From Synechococcus sp. UW140 (GTDB lineage: Bacteria > Actinomycetota > Actinomycetes > Actinomycetales > Microbacteriaceae): 64,000 nucleotides of DNA. Below, piece by piece: positions 1-8,336 of the stretch. Below the pieces are notes generated by a model. That model ran no database searches, was not told the origin of the DNA, and saw only the letters and a program-made list of their open reading frames with translations. The stretch lies in contig CALRJN020000012.1 of the NCBI GenBank assembly GCA_943367555.1, forward strand, positions 12,335 to 76,334, read 5' to 3'. The position numbers and the translations under genes are program-made. Numbering within the stretch: position 1 is the first letter of the stretch; each line of letters starts with the position of its first letter.

Positions 1-3000
1 TGTTCCAGATCACCTGGAGCGTCGAGAACCGCTCCGAGAAGGCGGCGACCGTCAGCTCGACGTCGAACTCGAAGGTCATTGCCCTCGCGACCTCGATCCC
101 CGCCAAGGGCTTCATCACCGGCACGGAAATCGTCTCCTCGGCGCAGTCGCGCTCACTCCGGTTGACCGTCACCGTCGCTGGTGGTTCGGCCGACGCAAGC
201 GCGTCGGTGCGGTCGAGCGACTTCCCGAAATGCGAGCCCCCGGTTGCCAAAGTCTCGCTGTGTCACGCCTCGCCGCCGGACACCGCAGCGCAGGGATGGA
301 ACAGTCAGAGCGTCGATGACAGCTCCGTCATCGACGGAGCCCACGACCGGGAGCACGCTGCCGACATCATCCCGTCGTTCACCTACTGGAAGCAGGTCGA
401 CGGCGTGTGGACGCCATTGACCTATCCGGGGAAGAATCTCAGCACCCCGTTCAGCGGGTTCACCGGGGCGCAGATCCTCGCGTCGAACTGCACGCAGTCC
501 GTCACGGCCACCGCGCCGACGCTCACGCCATCGGTGTGCACGGCGCCCGGCGTGGTCGGCGCGGCGAGCTACACGATCCCCACCACCAGCGGCGTCACCT
601 ACGAGGTGCGTGTGGGCGCCGGCTCGTTCGGCACGAAGGTCGCCGGAACCTACCCGGTGACCGTGCCCTCGACGATCACGATCCGCGCCGTCGCGGGCGC
701 GTCCTGGGTCACCCTCAGCGGCACGACGCAGTGGTCCCTCGCCTACAGCAGTCCCGGTGACTGCATCGTAAGCGTCGCTCCGGTCGCCCCGACCGTGACG
801 ACGATCACCGCGTGCGGCACGTCCGGCTCGATCGTCTTCGCGACCACCACCGGGGTGACCTACACCCTCACGCGGGGCACCGGGCTCGCCGGCGCCTGGC
901 AGGTCACCGCCACCGCTCAGTCGGGCTACCGACTCACCGGCCAGACCGTGTTCAGCGGCAATCTCGGCACCCGCACCACGTGTGCGACGCCGGCGGCGTC
1001 GACCTTCACCGCCGCGGAGTGCACGGGACCGGGCACGCGTGCCGACGGTTCGTACATGATTCCCTCGACGACGGGCGTGACCTACCGCGTCTCGATCAAC
1101 CGTGGCACCGCGGCGGATGTCGCCTCCGGCACGCAGTTCGTCTTCACCTTCCCGACGACGGTGACCGTAACCGCGGTCGCCCAGTCCGGGTACACGCTGA
1201 CCGGATCCACGGGCCCATGGTCGTCGACCTTCGCCGACCCGGGCGACTGCCTCCGGGTCAGCACGCCGGTGAGCCCGACGGCGTCTCCGATCACCGAGTG
1301 CGGCAACGAGGGCGACCTCGTGCTCCCGACCACGCCAGGGGTTGCCTACAAGCTCACACTCGGCGACGGCACGAGCGGCGCGTGGGAGGTCACGGCCACC
1401 CCGGCGACGGGCTACCGCTTCGACGGCGCCCAGTCGGTCGTCTTCCGCGGCGATCTCGGGGAGTACACCGACTGCGTGACGCCAGCGGCGCCGACCTTCA
1501 CGCCGGCCGTCTGCACCGTTCCCGGGGACAACGGCCCCGGCCAGTACACGATCCCGAGCACGGTCGGCGTGACCTACTGGGTCTCGATCGACGGCGGAAC
1601 TGCGACGGCCACGCCCGCGGGGACCTACGACGTGATCGGGCTCCCGGCCACCGTGGCGATCACGGCGACCGCGAACACCGGCTACACCCTCCAGAAGTAC
1701 ACCGGCCCGTGGGAGCAGACCCTCGAGAGCCCCGGGGACTGCCTCGTCGAGGTGACGCCGCTGGCGCCCTCGGCCACGGCGATCACCGAGTGTGGAACGA
1801 CCGGTGAGGTGCTCCTGCCGAAGACCGCGGGCGTCATCTACACGATCACCAGCGGCACCGGCCTTGCCGGCGCGTACGAGGTGACCGCCACCGCGGCCGC
1901 CGGCTACGTGATCACGACGGGAGCGCAGACGGTGTTCCCGCTCGACCTCGGCACCTACACCGAGTGCGTGACTCCCGCGGCGCCGACGTTCGTGCCGGCG
2001 GTGTGCACCGGACCCGGTGAGAGCGGCTCGGGAAGCTATGTCATCCCGAGCACGGTCGGCGTGACCTACTGGGTCTCGATCGACGGTGCGACGCCGGTCG
2101 CGACCGGGGCGGGCACCTTCGAGGTGACGGCCCTTCCGGCCACGATCGAGATCACCGCAATGGCGGATGCCGGATTCACTCTCAGGGCCTACCCGGGCCC
2201 GTGGGCGGAGACCCTCGATGACGCCGGTGACTGCCTCGTGGCAGCGACCCCGGTCGCCCCGTCCGCGACGGTGATCACCGAGTGCGGGACGTTCGGCGAG
2301 GTCCGGCTGGCGAAGACCGAAGGTGTCGTCTACGCGATCACCAGCGGCACCGGGCTCTCCGGCGCCTACGAGGTCACGGCCACAGCGGCCACGGGATATG
2401 TGATCGAGTCGGGAGCTCAGACCGTGTTCCCGCTCGACCTCGGGCAGTACACCGAGTGCGTGACGCCGCCGGCGCCGACGTTCGTGCAGGCGGTATGCAC
2501 CCTGCCCGGGCAGCACGACAACGCGCAGTACGTCATCCCCACCACTCAGGGTGTCGCCTACGGGGTGGCACTTGACGGATCGACTTCGGTCGCGACCCCG
2601 GCGGGCGCCTACGACGTGATGACGTTCCCGACCACGGTGACGATCACCGCGAGCGCTGAGTGGGGCTACACGCTCGAGGGGGACACCGACGGGTGGGCGG
2701 TCGAATTCGGCGGCCCGGGAGACTGCGACCAGGAGGTCCCGGCGGCCACCGTGACCTTCACCGAAAGCACGTGCCCCGAGCTGGTCACCGAGCAGACGAT
2801 CCCAGGCTCCCTGGCGATCCCCGCGACGACCGGAGTCGAGTACTGGGTCACGGTCAACGGTGGTGCCCCGTGGATGGCTGCCCCCGGTGACGACGCATTC
2901 GATGCGGGCGACGAGGTGCTCGTCGAGGCCGTCGCCGCCACCGGGTACCGACTCGCGAAGGGGACCACCGCATGGAGCCACGAGTTCGCAGCAGACCCGG

Positions 3001-3386
3001 TCTGTCAGTTCCCGACACTGAACGAGCTGCTGCCCGCCGTGTCCGTGGCGCCGGCCACCTGCACATCCCTCGGCTCGATCATCGTGGATGGGGCTGAGCA
3101 CCTGCTCTACTTCATCGACGGAGCCGCGGTGATCCAGGCGAGCACGCCGACGGCGCCGGGCACGTACACGGTGACCGCGGCATCCGATGATCCGCTCACC
3201 CACACGATCCTCGACAACAAGCCGTTCGTCGTGACGGTGGCCGGACCGTCCATCTGCGCCGACCTGGCGACGCTCGCCCTCACAGGTGCGGGAGGCTCGT
3301 GGTGGCTCGCGGGCTCGACCGCCCTGTCGCTTCTCACGGTCGGTGCCATCATGCTGGTCATCCGACGCCGCGAGAGCGCCCGCTAG
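1..3386 (+). CDS. LAxTG-anchored cell-surface repeat protein, 5' end outside window
   Basis: Track ORF 162..3386 begins at an internal TTG, but the same frame is open back to nt 3, so the gene enters the window truncated. C-terminus DLATLALTGAGG + hydrophobic segment + VIRRRESAR is a sortase sorting signal. The body is alternating Cys-bounded modules. Confidence 0.75.
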   Translation, partial: FQITWSVENRSEKAATVSSTSNSKVIALATSIPAKGFITGTEIVSSAQSRSLRLTVTVAGGSADASASVRSSDFPKCEPPVAKVSLCHASPPDTAAQGWNSQSVDDSSVIDGAHDREHAADIIPSFTYWKQVDGVWTPLTYPGKNLSTPFSGFTGAQILASNCTQSVTATAPTLTPSVCTAPGVVGAASYTIPTTSGVTYEVRVGAGSFGTKVAGTYPVTVPSTITIRAVAGASWVTLSGTTQWSLAYSSPGDCIVSVAPVAPTVTTITACGTSGSIVFATTTGVTYTLTRGTGLAGAWQVTATAQSGYRLTGQTVFSGNLGTRTTCATPAASTFTAAECTGPGTRADGSYMIPSTTGVTYRVSINRGTAADVASGTQFVFTFPTTVTVTAVAQSGYTLTGSTGPWSSTFADPGDCLRVSTPVSPTASPITECGNEGDLVLPTTPGVAYKLTLGDGTSGAWEVTATPATGYRFDGAQSVVFRGDLGEYTDCVTPAAPTFTPAVCTVPGDNGPGQYTIPSTVGVTYWVSIDGGTATATPAGTYDVIGLPATVAITATANTGYTLQKYTGPWEQTLESPGDCLVEVTPLAPSATAITECGTTGEVLLPKTAGVIYTITSGTGLAGAYEVTATAAAGYVITTGAQTVFPLDLGTYTECVTPAAPTFVPAVCTGPGESGSGSYVIPSTVGVTYWVSIDGATPVATGAGTFEVTALPATIEITAMADAGFTLRAYPGPWAETLDDAGDCLVAATPVAPSATVITECGTFGEVRLAKTEGVVYAITSGTGLSGAYEVTATAATGYVIESGAQTVFPLDLGQYTECVTPPAPTFVQAVCTLPGQHDNAQYVIPTTQGVAYGVALDGSTSVATPAGAYDVMTFPTTVTITASAEWGYTLEGDTDGWAVEFGGPGDCDQEVPAATVTFTESTCPELVTEQTIPGSLAIPATTGVEYWVTVNGGAPWMAAPGDDAFDAGDEVLVEAVAATGYRLAKGTTAWSHEFAADPVCQFPTLNELLPAVSVAPATCTSLGSIIVDGAEHLLYFIDGAAVIQASTPTAPGTYTVTAASDDPLTHTILDNKPFVVTVAGPSICADLATLALTGAGGSWWLAGSTALSLLTVGAIMLVIRRRESAR
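489..2726 (+). repeat. in-frame tandem super-repeat (period ~492 nt / 162-164 aa, about 4.5 units) inside surface-protein gene 1
   Basis: Conserved PGDC cysteines recur at aa 201/363/527/691/855 of the track ORF. An identical 44-nt string atcccgagcacggtcggcgtgacctactgggtctcgatcgacgg occurs at 1551..1594 and 2043..2086 (offset 492). Confidence 0.8.
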
Positions 3387-3641
3387 GCGCGATCCTGTCC
3401 GGGAAGGACCCCTGCCGAGGATGTGTCGGTGGGGGTCCTCCCTATGGGGGACAGACAGACCCCCCGAAATGGAGACTGGTCCACCTTAGGGGGGACACCT
3501 AGCCTGAATGAGCATCGTTGTTCGTGGAGCCCGAAATTTCACGAACACACCCGAAACGCGATGCAGTTTCGCTCTGCGCAGCGCACGCCCGAACGTGTGC
3601 CGCTCGTGTGGTGCCGAACTCCCATACCCAGGAGTCGTCCC

Positions 3642-5972
3642 GTGTTCAAGAAGTTGCTTGCTGTTGCCGCCACCCTTCTGCTTGCCGCCGGCATCTCCGT
3701 CATCGCCGTCGCCGCGCCGGCATCCGCTCACACGCCCAGCTACGCCGCGAACTGCGACAACCTGTGGTTCCAGGCGACGGCCTACGAGACGCGTTCGGGC
3801 AACCCGACGCCCAACACGCTCAAGATCGTCATCGATGGCTCGACGGTGCTCGACACGAAGTTCGGCGCCTCGTTCGTCAAGCAGACCTTCAAGTACGACG
3901 GCACGACAGCCCACACCTACTCCATCGTGATCGACGCCGTCGGCGGAACGAACAACACGCAGTACGACAAGACGATCACCGGAGTGACCACCCCCTGCTC
4001 CTACCCGAAGCGCGACATGGCGGTCGATTGCTCGGCCGTCACCGTCAACTGGGGTGCTGCGCTCACCAACGAGCTGCACATCAACATGCGTCTCGAGACC
4101 CCCAAGGGCGAGATCACGGTCAACGCCTACATCGACCTGAACGTCACGGGCGGGTACAAGACCTACGGTCTGCGCATCAACGGATACGACCCGATCCCGC
4201 TCACGGAGCAGCAGGTGAAGTCAGGCAAGCTCGTCTTCGACTACCCGGTCTACGTGAAGAAGGCGGGATACGAGTCCTGGGCCGTCAAGTGGGTGCAGGT
4301 CAACGAGATGCACTTCAACCAGGACGAGAAGGGCGAGTGGATCTACTGCAACTGGTCCACGCCGACGGATGCCGCGGCCGAGGTCACGGTGCTGCCCGCC
4401 TCCTGCACCGCAGGTGAGTCGCTCGTGCTCGGCACGATCACGAACGCCGCGTGGGGCAAGGTCGACGGCGCGTACACGGTCGTCGCCACTGCGCTCACCG
4501 GGCACCTCTTCCCGGCCGGCGATGGCGTCTCGAAGGACGGCACCACGAAGACGTTCACTGGAACGCTCGCGGGCATCCTGAACCCCAATGCCCCGCCGTG
4601 CGCCACCAAGGCCGTGCCGGTCAAGCCGACCGTCGTCACGGTCTCCGAGTGCGGAACCTCCGGCTCGGTCACCCCGGTCGCCGTCACCGGCGTCGACTAC
4701 GCGGTGACGTTCGACAGCGCCAGCGGTGACTACGTCGTGACCGCGACTCCGAAGGCCGGCTACTACTTCGAGGGTGACGCCGACCAGAAGATCACCTTCG
4801 AGGGCAATGCCGGCGCGTACTACGCGTGCTCCGAGAAGCCGGACGCCACGATCGCCTACGGCGAGTGCGTGTATGGGTCCGACGGCAAGGCCGAGCCGCG
4901 CACCGTGCGGATCACCTTCGACAACTCCCGCTCGAACAAGGCCGTGCTGTTCCAGGTTCCCTACTTCCCGGAGTACGACCAGAAGGTCGCCGCGGGTGAC
5001 TCGATCACCTTCGAGGTCGCCAACATGTGGGCGGCGGGCGGCGGGTACAGCGTGACCGCTGGCACGAGCACCTTCGAGCTCACCGTCCCTCCGTGCGACG
5101 AGCCCGTCAAGCCCGAGCCGAAGCAGCGCGTCATCGTCACCGAGCTCATGACCTGCTCGACGAGCGACGTCGAGGTCACCACGACCACGTACACGACCGA
5201 CTGGGTCTTCGACGTCGCCACGACCACCTGGGCCCCGGGTGTCGAGGGTGCTGGCGTTGTCGTGATCACCCACCGGGCGATGACGAGCGACGAGGCGTCC
5301 ACCTACTGCGGCACGAAGGTGGAGACCGACCCGTCGGCATCCACGTGCACCAAGTTCGACCTGAACGCGCCGTACACGAGTTGGATCTACGTCGCCCTCG
5401 ACCCGAAGGTCGTCTACACGATCACCGACGCGAACGCGTCGTCGATCGTCGCGACCTCGGCCTACACGGCGCTCCCGGTGGGCACCTACACCGTGACCGC
5501 TGTCGCGGCGCCCGGCTACGTCCTGCAGCCGAGCGCGTCGAAGTCGTGGACCTTCACGGTCGCGGACACCGATAAGTGCCAGCTCCCGAGCAACGCGCTC
5601 GTCACCCCGATGCTCGCGAGCACGGCCATGACCTGCAAGGCGTCCGGCTCGTACACGCTCGGCGAGCTCACCCCCGGCACGATCGTGTGGACGGTCAACG
5701 GCGTGGTGTCGCCGGCCGGGACCTACAAGGTCACCTCCGCGCAGACGGTGACCCTGGTGGCGACGCCCAAGAACGCATCCGACGGGCTGGACGCCGCGTG
5801 GAAGAGCCCGCAGATCCTGACGTTCGAGGAGTCGGCGGGCGGATGCCAGCTGACCACCCTCGCTCTCACGGGCAGCACCCGCACTCTCGGCTACGCCGCG
5901 ATCGGCACCCTGCTGATCCTCGGCGGAATCGGGTTCTGGATCGTGCGCCGCCGACTTGCCCCCACCGCGTAA
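3642..5972 (+). CDS. LAxTG-anchored cell-surface protein (paralogue 2)
   Basis: In-frame GTG at 3642 preceded by AGGAG (3630..3634) gives Sec signal peptide VFKKLLAVAATLLLAAGISVIAVAAPASA. C-terminus QLTTLALTGSTR + hydrophobic helix + RRRLAPTA. Shares the CGTSGSV...VTATPKAGY module with genes 1 and 3. The track ORF start at 3423 is probably too far upstream. Confidence 0.75.
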   Translation: MFKKLLAVAATLLLAAGISVIAVAAPASAHTPSYAANCDNLWFQATAYETRSGNPTPNTLKIVIDGSTVLDTKFGASFVKQTFKYDGTTAHTYSIVIDAVGGTNNTQYDKTITGVTTPCSYPKRDMAVDCSAVTVNWGAALTNELHINMRLETPKGEITVNAYIDLNVTGGYKTYGLRINGYDPIPLTEQQVKSGKLVFDYPVYVKKAGYESWAVKWVQVNEMHFNQDEKGEWIYCNWSTPTDAAAEVTVLPASCTAGESLVLGTITNAAWGKVDGAYTVVATALTGHLFPAGDGVSKDGTTKTFTGTLAGILNPNAPPCATKAVPVKPTVVTVSECGTSGSVTPVAVTGVDYAVTFDSASGDYVVTATPKAGYYFEGDADQKITFEGNAGAYYACSEKPDATIAYGECVYGSDGKAEPRTVRITFDNSRSNKAVLFQVPYFPEYDQKVAAGDSITFEVANMWAAGGGYSVTAGTSTFELTVPPCDEPVKPEPKQRVIVTELMTCSTSDVEVTTTTYTTDWVFDVATTTWAPGVEGAGVVVITHRAMTSDEASTYCGTKVETDPSASTCTKFDLNAPYTSWIYVALDPKVVYTITDANASSIVATSAYTALPVGTYTVTAVAAPGYVLQPSASKSWTFTVADTDKCQLPSNALVTPMLASTAMTCKASGSYTLGELTPGTIVWTVNGVVSPAGTYKVTSAQTVTLVATPKNASDGLDAAWKSPQILTFEESAGGCQLTTLALTGSTRTLGYAAIGTLLILGGIGFWIVRRRLAPTA

Positions 5973-5985
5973 GAGAGTCCCCTTG

Positions 5986-7038
5986 ATGAGGAAAGTCCTT
6001 GCTGCCCTGATCGCCCTGGCGTTGAGCGTGGGCGGGGTGCTCGCCACCGCTGGCCCAGCATCCGCGACCGATCCCGTCGTAGTGGCCGTGAACCTCACGT
6101 ACATCCAGGGGTGCGCTCCGGATGGCGACAACACGTGGCGGGTGACCAACCCGAGCGCCCTCACCATCCAGGTCTCCTATGCGGCCTACGGCGGGGGCCC
6201 CTCGGGCACGATCAGCGCCCCTCCGGGCCAGTCGTTCTTCAGCACCCCGCGCGCAAGCGAGACGATGATCATCACGTGGGGCGGGGGTGCCACGGGGATC
6301 GTGGCGGGGTCGCGCACGAAGGCGTCCGGATCGGACCTCACCTGCTTGACCCTCGTCGTTCCGGTCGCCCCGACCGTCGTCGCACCACCGTCGTGCGGGA
6401 CCTACGGGTCGGTCACGGCGGCGACCACCACGGGCGTGACCTACGTCGTCGAGTTCGACCAGGTCACCGGGGTCTACACGGTGACGGCGACGCCGAAGGC
6501 CGGATACCGGTTCGACGGCGACGTGCCGCAGATCCTGTTCGAGGGCAACGCGGGCGCGTACACCAAGTGCCCCGACCTGCCCACCCTCGCTGAGGCCAAC
6601 CCGAGCTACTCCTTCACTCAGCCGACCTGCACCCTCCCGGGCACCTACACGGTCGGCGGAACCGTCAACGCGGAGTTCATCGAGTGGCGGATGCAGGGAT
6701 CCAGCACGATCATCCCGCAGGGGACCCCGGTCGCCGTGGGCGGCGCCGTGGCCGTGACCTTGGTCGCGACATCCACCGATCCGATCATGTACACCCTGGT
6801 CGACGCGAACAGCGATCCCTGGGTGAACCCGGTGGTGCTGACGTTCGTCACCCCGACCAACTGCGGGAATCAGGGCGGTCAGGGCGGAAAGGGCGGGCAG
6901 GGCGGCACGGACCTCCAGCTGGAGACGCTCGCCCTGACGGGCGGCCAGACCGCGGGCCCCCTCGGCGTGCTCGGCGTGTTGAGCCTGCTGGCGATCGGCG
7001 GTCTGCTGCTCATCATCCGCCGCCGGATGGAGGCCTGA
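5986..7038 (+). CDS. LAxTG-anchored cell-surface protein (paralogue 3)
   Basis: ATG at 5986 gives signal peptide MRKVLAALIALALSVGGVLATAGPASA. C-terminus LETLALTGGQT + hydrophobic helix + IIRRRMEA. Contains module SCGTYGSVTAATTTGVTYVV...VTATPKAGYRFDG and a GGQ/GGK linker. Confidence 0.75.
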   Translation: MRKVLAALIALALSVGGVLATAGPASATDPVVVAVNLTYIQGCAPDGDNTWRVTNPSALTIQVSYAAYGGGPSGTISAPPGQSFFSTPRASETMIITWGGGATGIVAGSRTKASGSDLTCLTLVVPVAPTVVAPPSCGTYGSVTAATTTGVTYVVEFDQVTGVYTVTATPKAGYRFDGDVPQILFEGNAGAYTKCPDLPTLAEANPSYSFTQPTCTLPGTYTVGGTVNAEFIEWRMQGSSTIIPQGTPVAVGGAVAVTLVATSTDPIMYTLVDANSDPWVNPVVLTFVTPTNCGNQGGQGGKGGQGGTDLQLETLALTGGQTAGPLGVLGVLSLLAIGGLLLIIRRRMEA

Positions 7039-7092
7039 CGCCTTTCCCGGAATTCGCGTGCGCGCGGGCGATGAACAGTACGCTCGGTAACC

Positions 7093-8331
7093 ATGACAAC
7101 GACAGTCACCACGGCGAAACCCGGATTCATCGCGCTGTACGCCCTCGGATACGTGGGGGCGTTCATCGCGCTGATCACGCCCGTGGCGACGACGTTGGCC
7201 CTCAAGGTCGGTGAGCTCGACCCCGCCGGCAAGGAGACGAGCCTCGGACTGATCAGCGCCATCGGGGCGCTCGTCGCGATCATCTCCAACGCGTTGTCCG
7301 GCGCCTTGAGCGACCGCACCCGGTCGGGTCTCGGCCGCCGCCGCCCCTGGATCGTCGTCGGGGCTCTCGGGGGTGTCGTCGCCCTCGCGATCGTCGGCTT
7401 CGCGCCGACGCTGCTCATCGCCACCCTCGGGTGGGTGCTTGCGCAGCTCACGCTCAACATGGTGCTCGCGGCGCTCCAGGCCCTGCTGCCCGACCAGGTG
7501 CCGCTCGAGCAGCGCGCCCGCGTGAGCGCCGTGCTGGGGATCTCCCAGCAGGTCTCCCCCCTGCTCGGCATCGGAATAGCGTTCGGGGTGCAGGCGGCCG
7601 GCGGCGGCATCGGCCTGATGTTCCTCGTCCCGGGCATCGTCGGCGCGATCATGCTGCTCGTGCTCGTGGCACGCATCCGGGATGTTCCGCACGAGGAGGC
7701 GGGCCCGTTCGTGCTCCGCGAGTTCCTGGCCGCGTTCAGCATCCCGAGGGGCAAGCGCTCCGACTTCGGCTGGGCGTGGTTCGGGCGGTTCTTCGTCATC
7801 CTCGGGTTCGCCGTGTACACGACGTATCAGGTCTACTTCATCGGCGATCGACTGGGCGTCACCGGCAGCGACGTCGTTCTGATGCAGCTCTACGCCCTCC
7901 TGATCTTCTCCGCCGTGCTCACCGTGAGCGCGATCATCTCCGGTCGCCTCTCGGACCGCACCGGGCGCCGCAAGCCGTTCGTGTTCGCGGCCGCGGCGAT
8001 CGTGGGGGTCGGTCTCACGATGCTCGCGCTCACGACGACCCTGCCGGCCTTCTTCGCCGCCGCCGCGGTGATGGGGGTCGGAATCGGCTCGTTCTTCGCC
8101 GTGGACCTGGCCCTGCTCACCGACGTGCTGCCCGACAAGGAGCGCACCGCGGCGAAGGACATGGGGTTGTTCAACATCGCCAACTCGCTCCCGCAGTCGG
8201 TCGCCCCGGCGATCGCTCCGCTCTTCCTCGCGATCGGTGGGGGCGGCAACTACACCGCCCTCTTCATCGCGGGCGGCGTCTTCTGCGTGATCGGAGCGGC
8301 GCTCATCGCGCCGATCCGCGCCGTACGCTGA
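7093..8331 (+). CDS. MFS transporter, glycoside-pentoside-hexuronide (GPH) type sugar:cation symporter
   Basis: 412 aa polytopic membrane protein with the GPH-like loop SGALSDRTRSGLGRRRPWIVVG. Lies 5 nt upstream of a GH3 gene. Confidence 0.75.
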   Translation: MTTTVTTAKPGFIALYALGYVGAFIALITPVATTLALKVGELDPAGKETSLGLISAIGALVAIISNALSGALSDRTRSGLGRRRPWIVVGALGGVVALAIVGFAPTLLIATLGWVLAQLTLNMVLAALQALLPDQVPLEQRARVSAVLGISQQVSPLLGIGIAFGVQAAGGGIGLMFLVPGIVGAIMLLVLVARIRDVPHEEAGPFVLREFLAAFSIPRGKRSDFGWAWFGRFFVILGFAVYTTYQVYFIGDRLGVTGSDVVLMQLYALLIFSAVLTVSAIISGRLSDRTGRRKPFVFAAAAIVGVGLTMLALTTTLPAFFAAAAVMGVGIGSFFAVDLALLTDVLPDKERTAAKDMGLFNIANSLPQSVAPAIAPLFLAIGGGGNYTALFIAGGVFCVIGAALIAPIRAVR

Positions 8332-8336
8332 ATGGC

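Noticed and set aside
153-3203. 1016-aa minus-strand ORF antisense to surface-protein gene 1
   Set aside because: Extremely Arg/Gly/Asp/His-rich with no domain-like pattern. This is the typical shadow ORF of a high-GC gene, and the plus-strand frame has coherent repeats, conserved Cys spacing and a sorting signal.
6871-6906. Four tandem 9-nt units cagggcggn in surface-protein gene 3
   Set aside because: They encode the flexible GGQ/GGK linker just before the sorting signal. This is a low-complexity coding repeat rather than a separate element. It is mentioned only as a possible slippage site.
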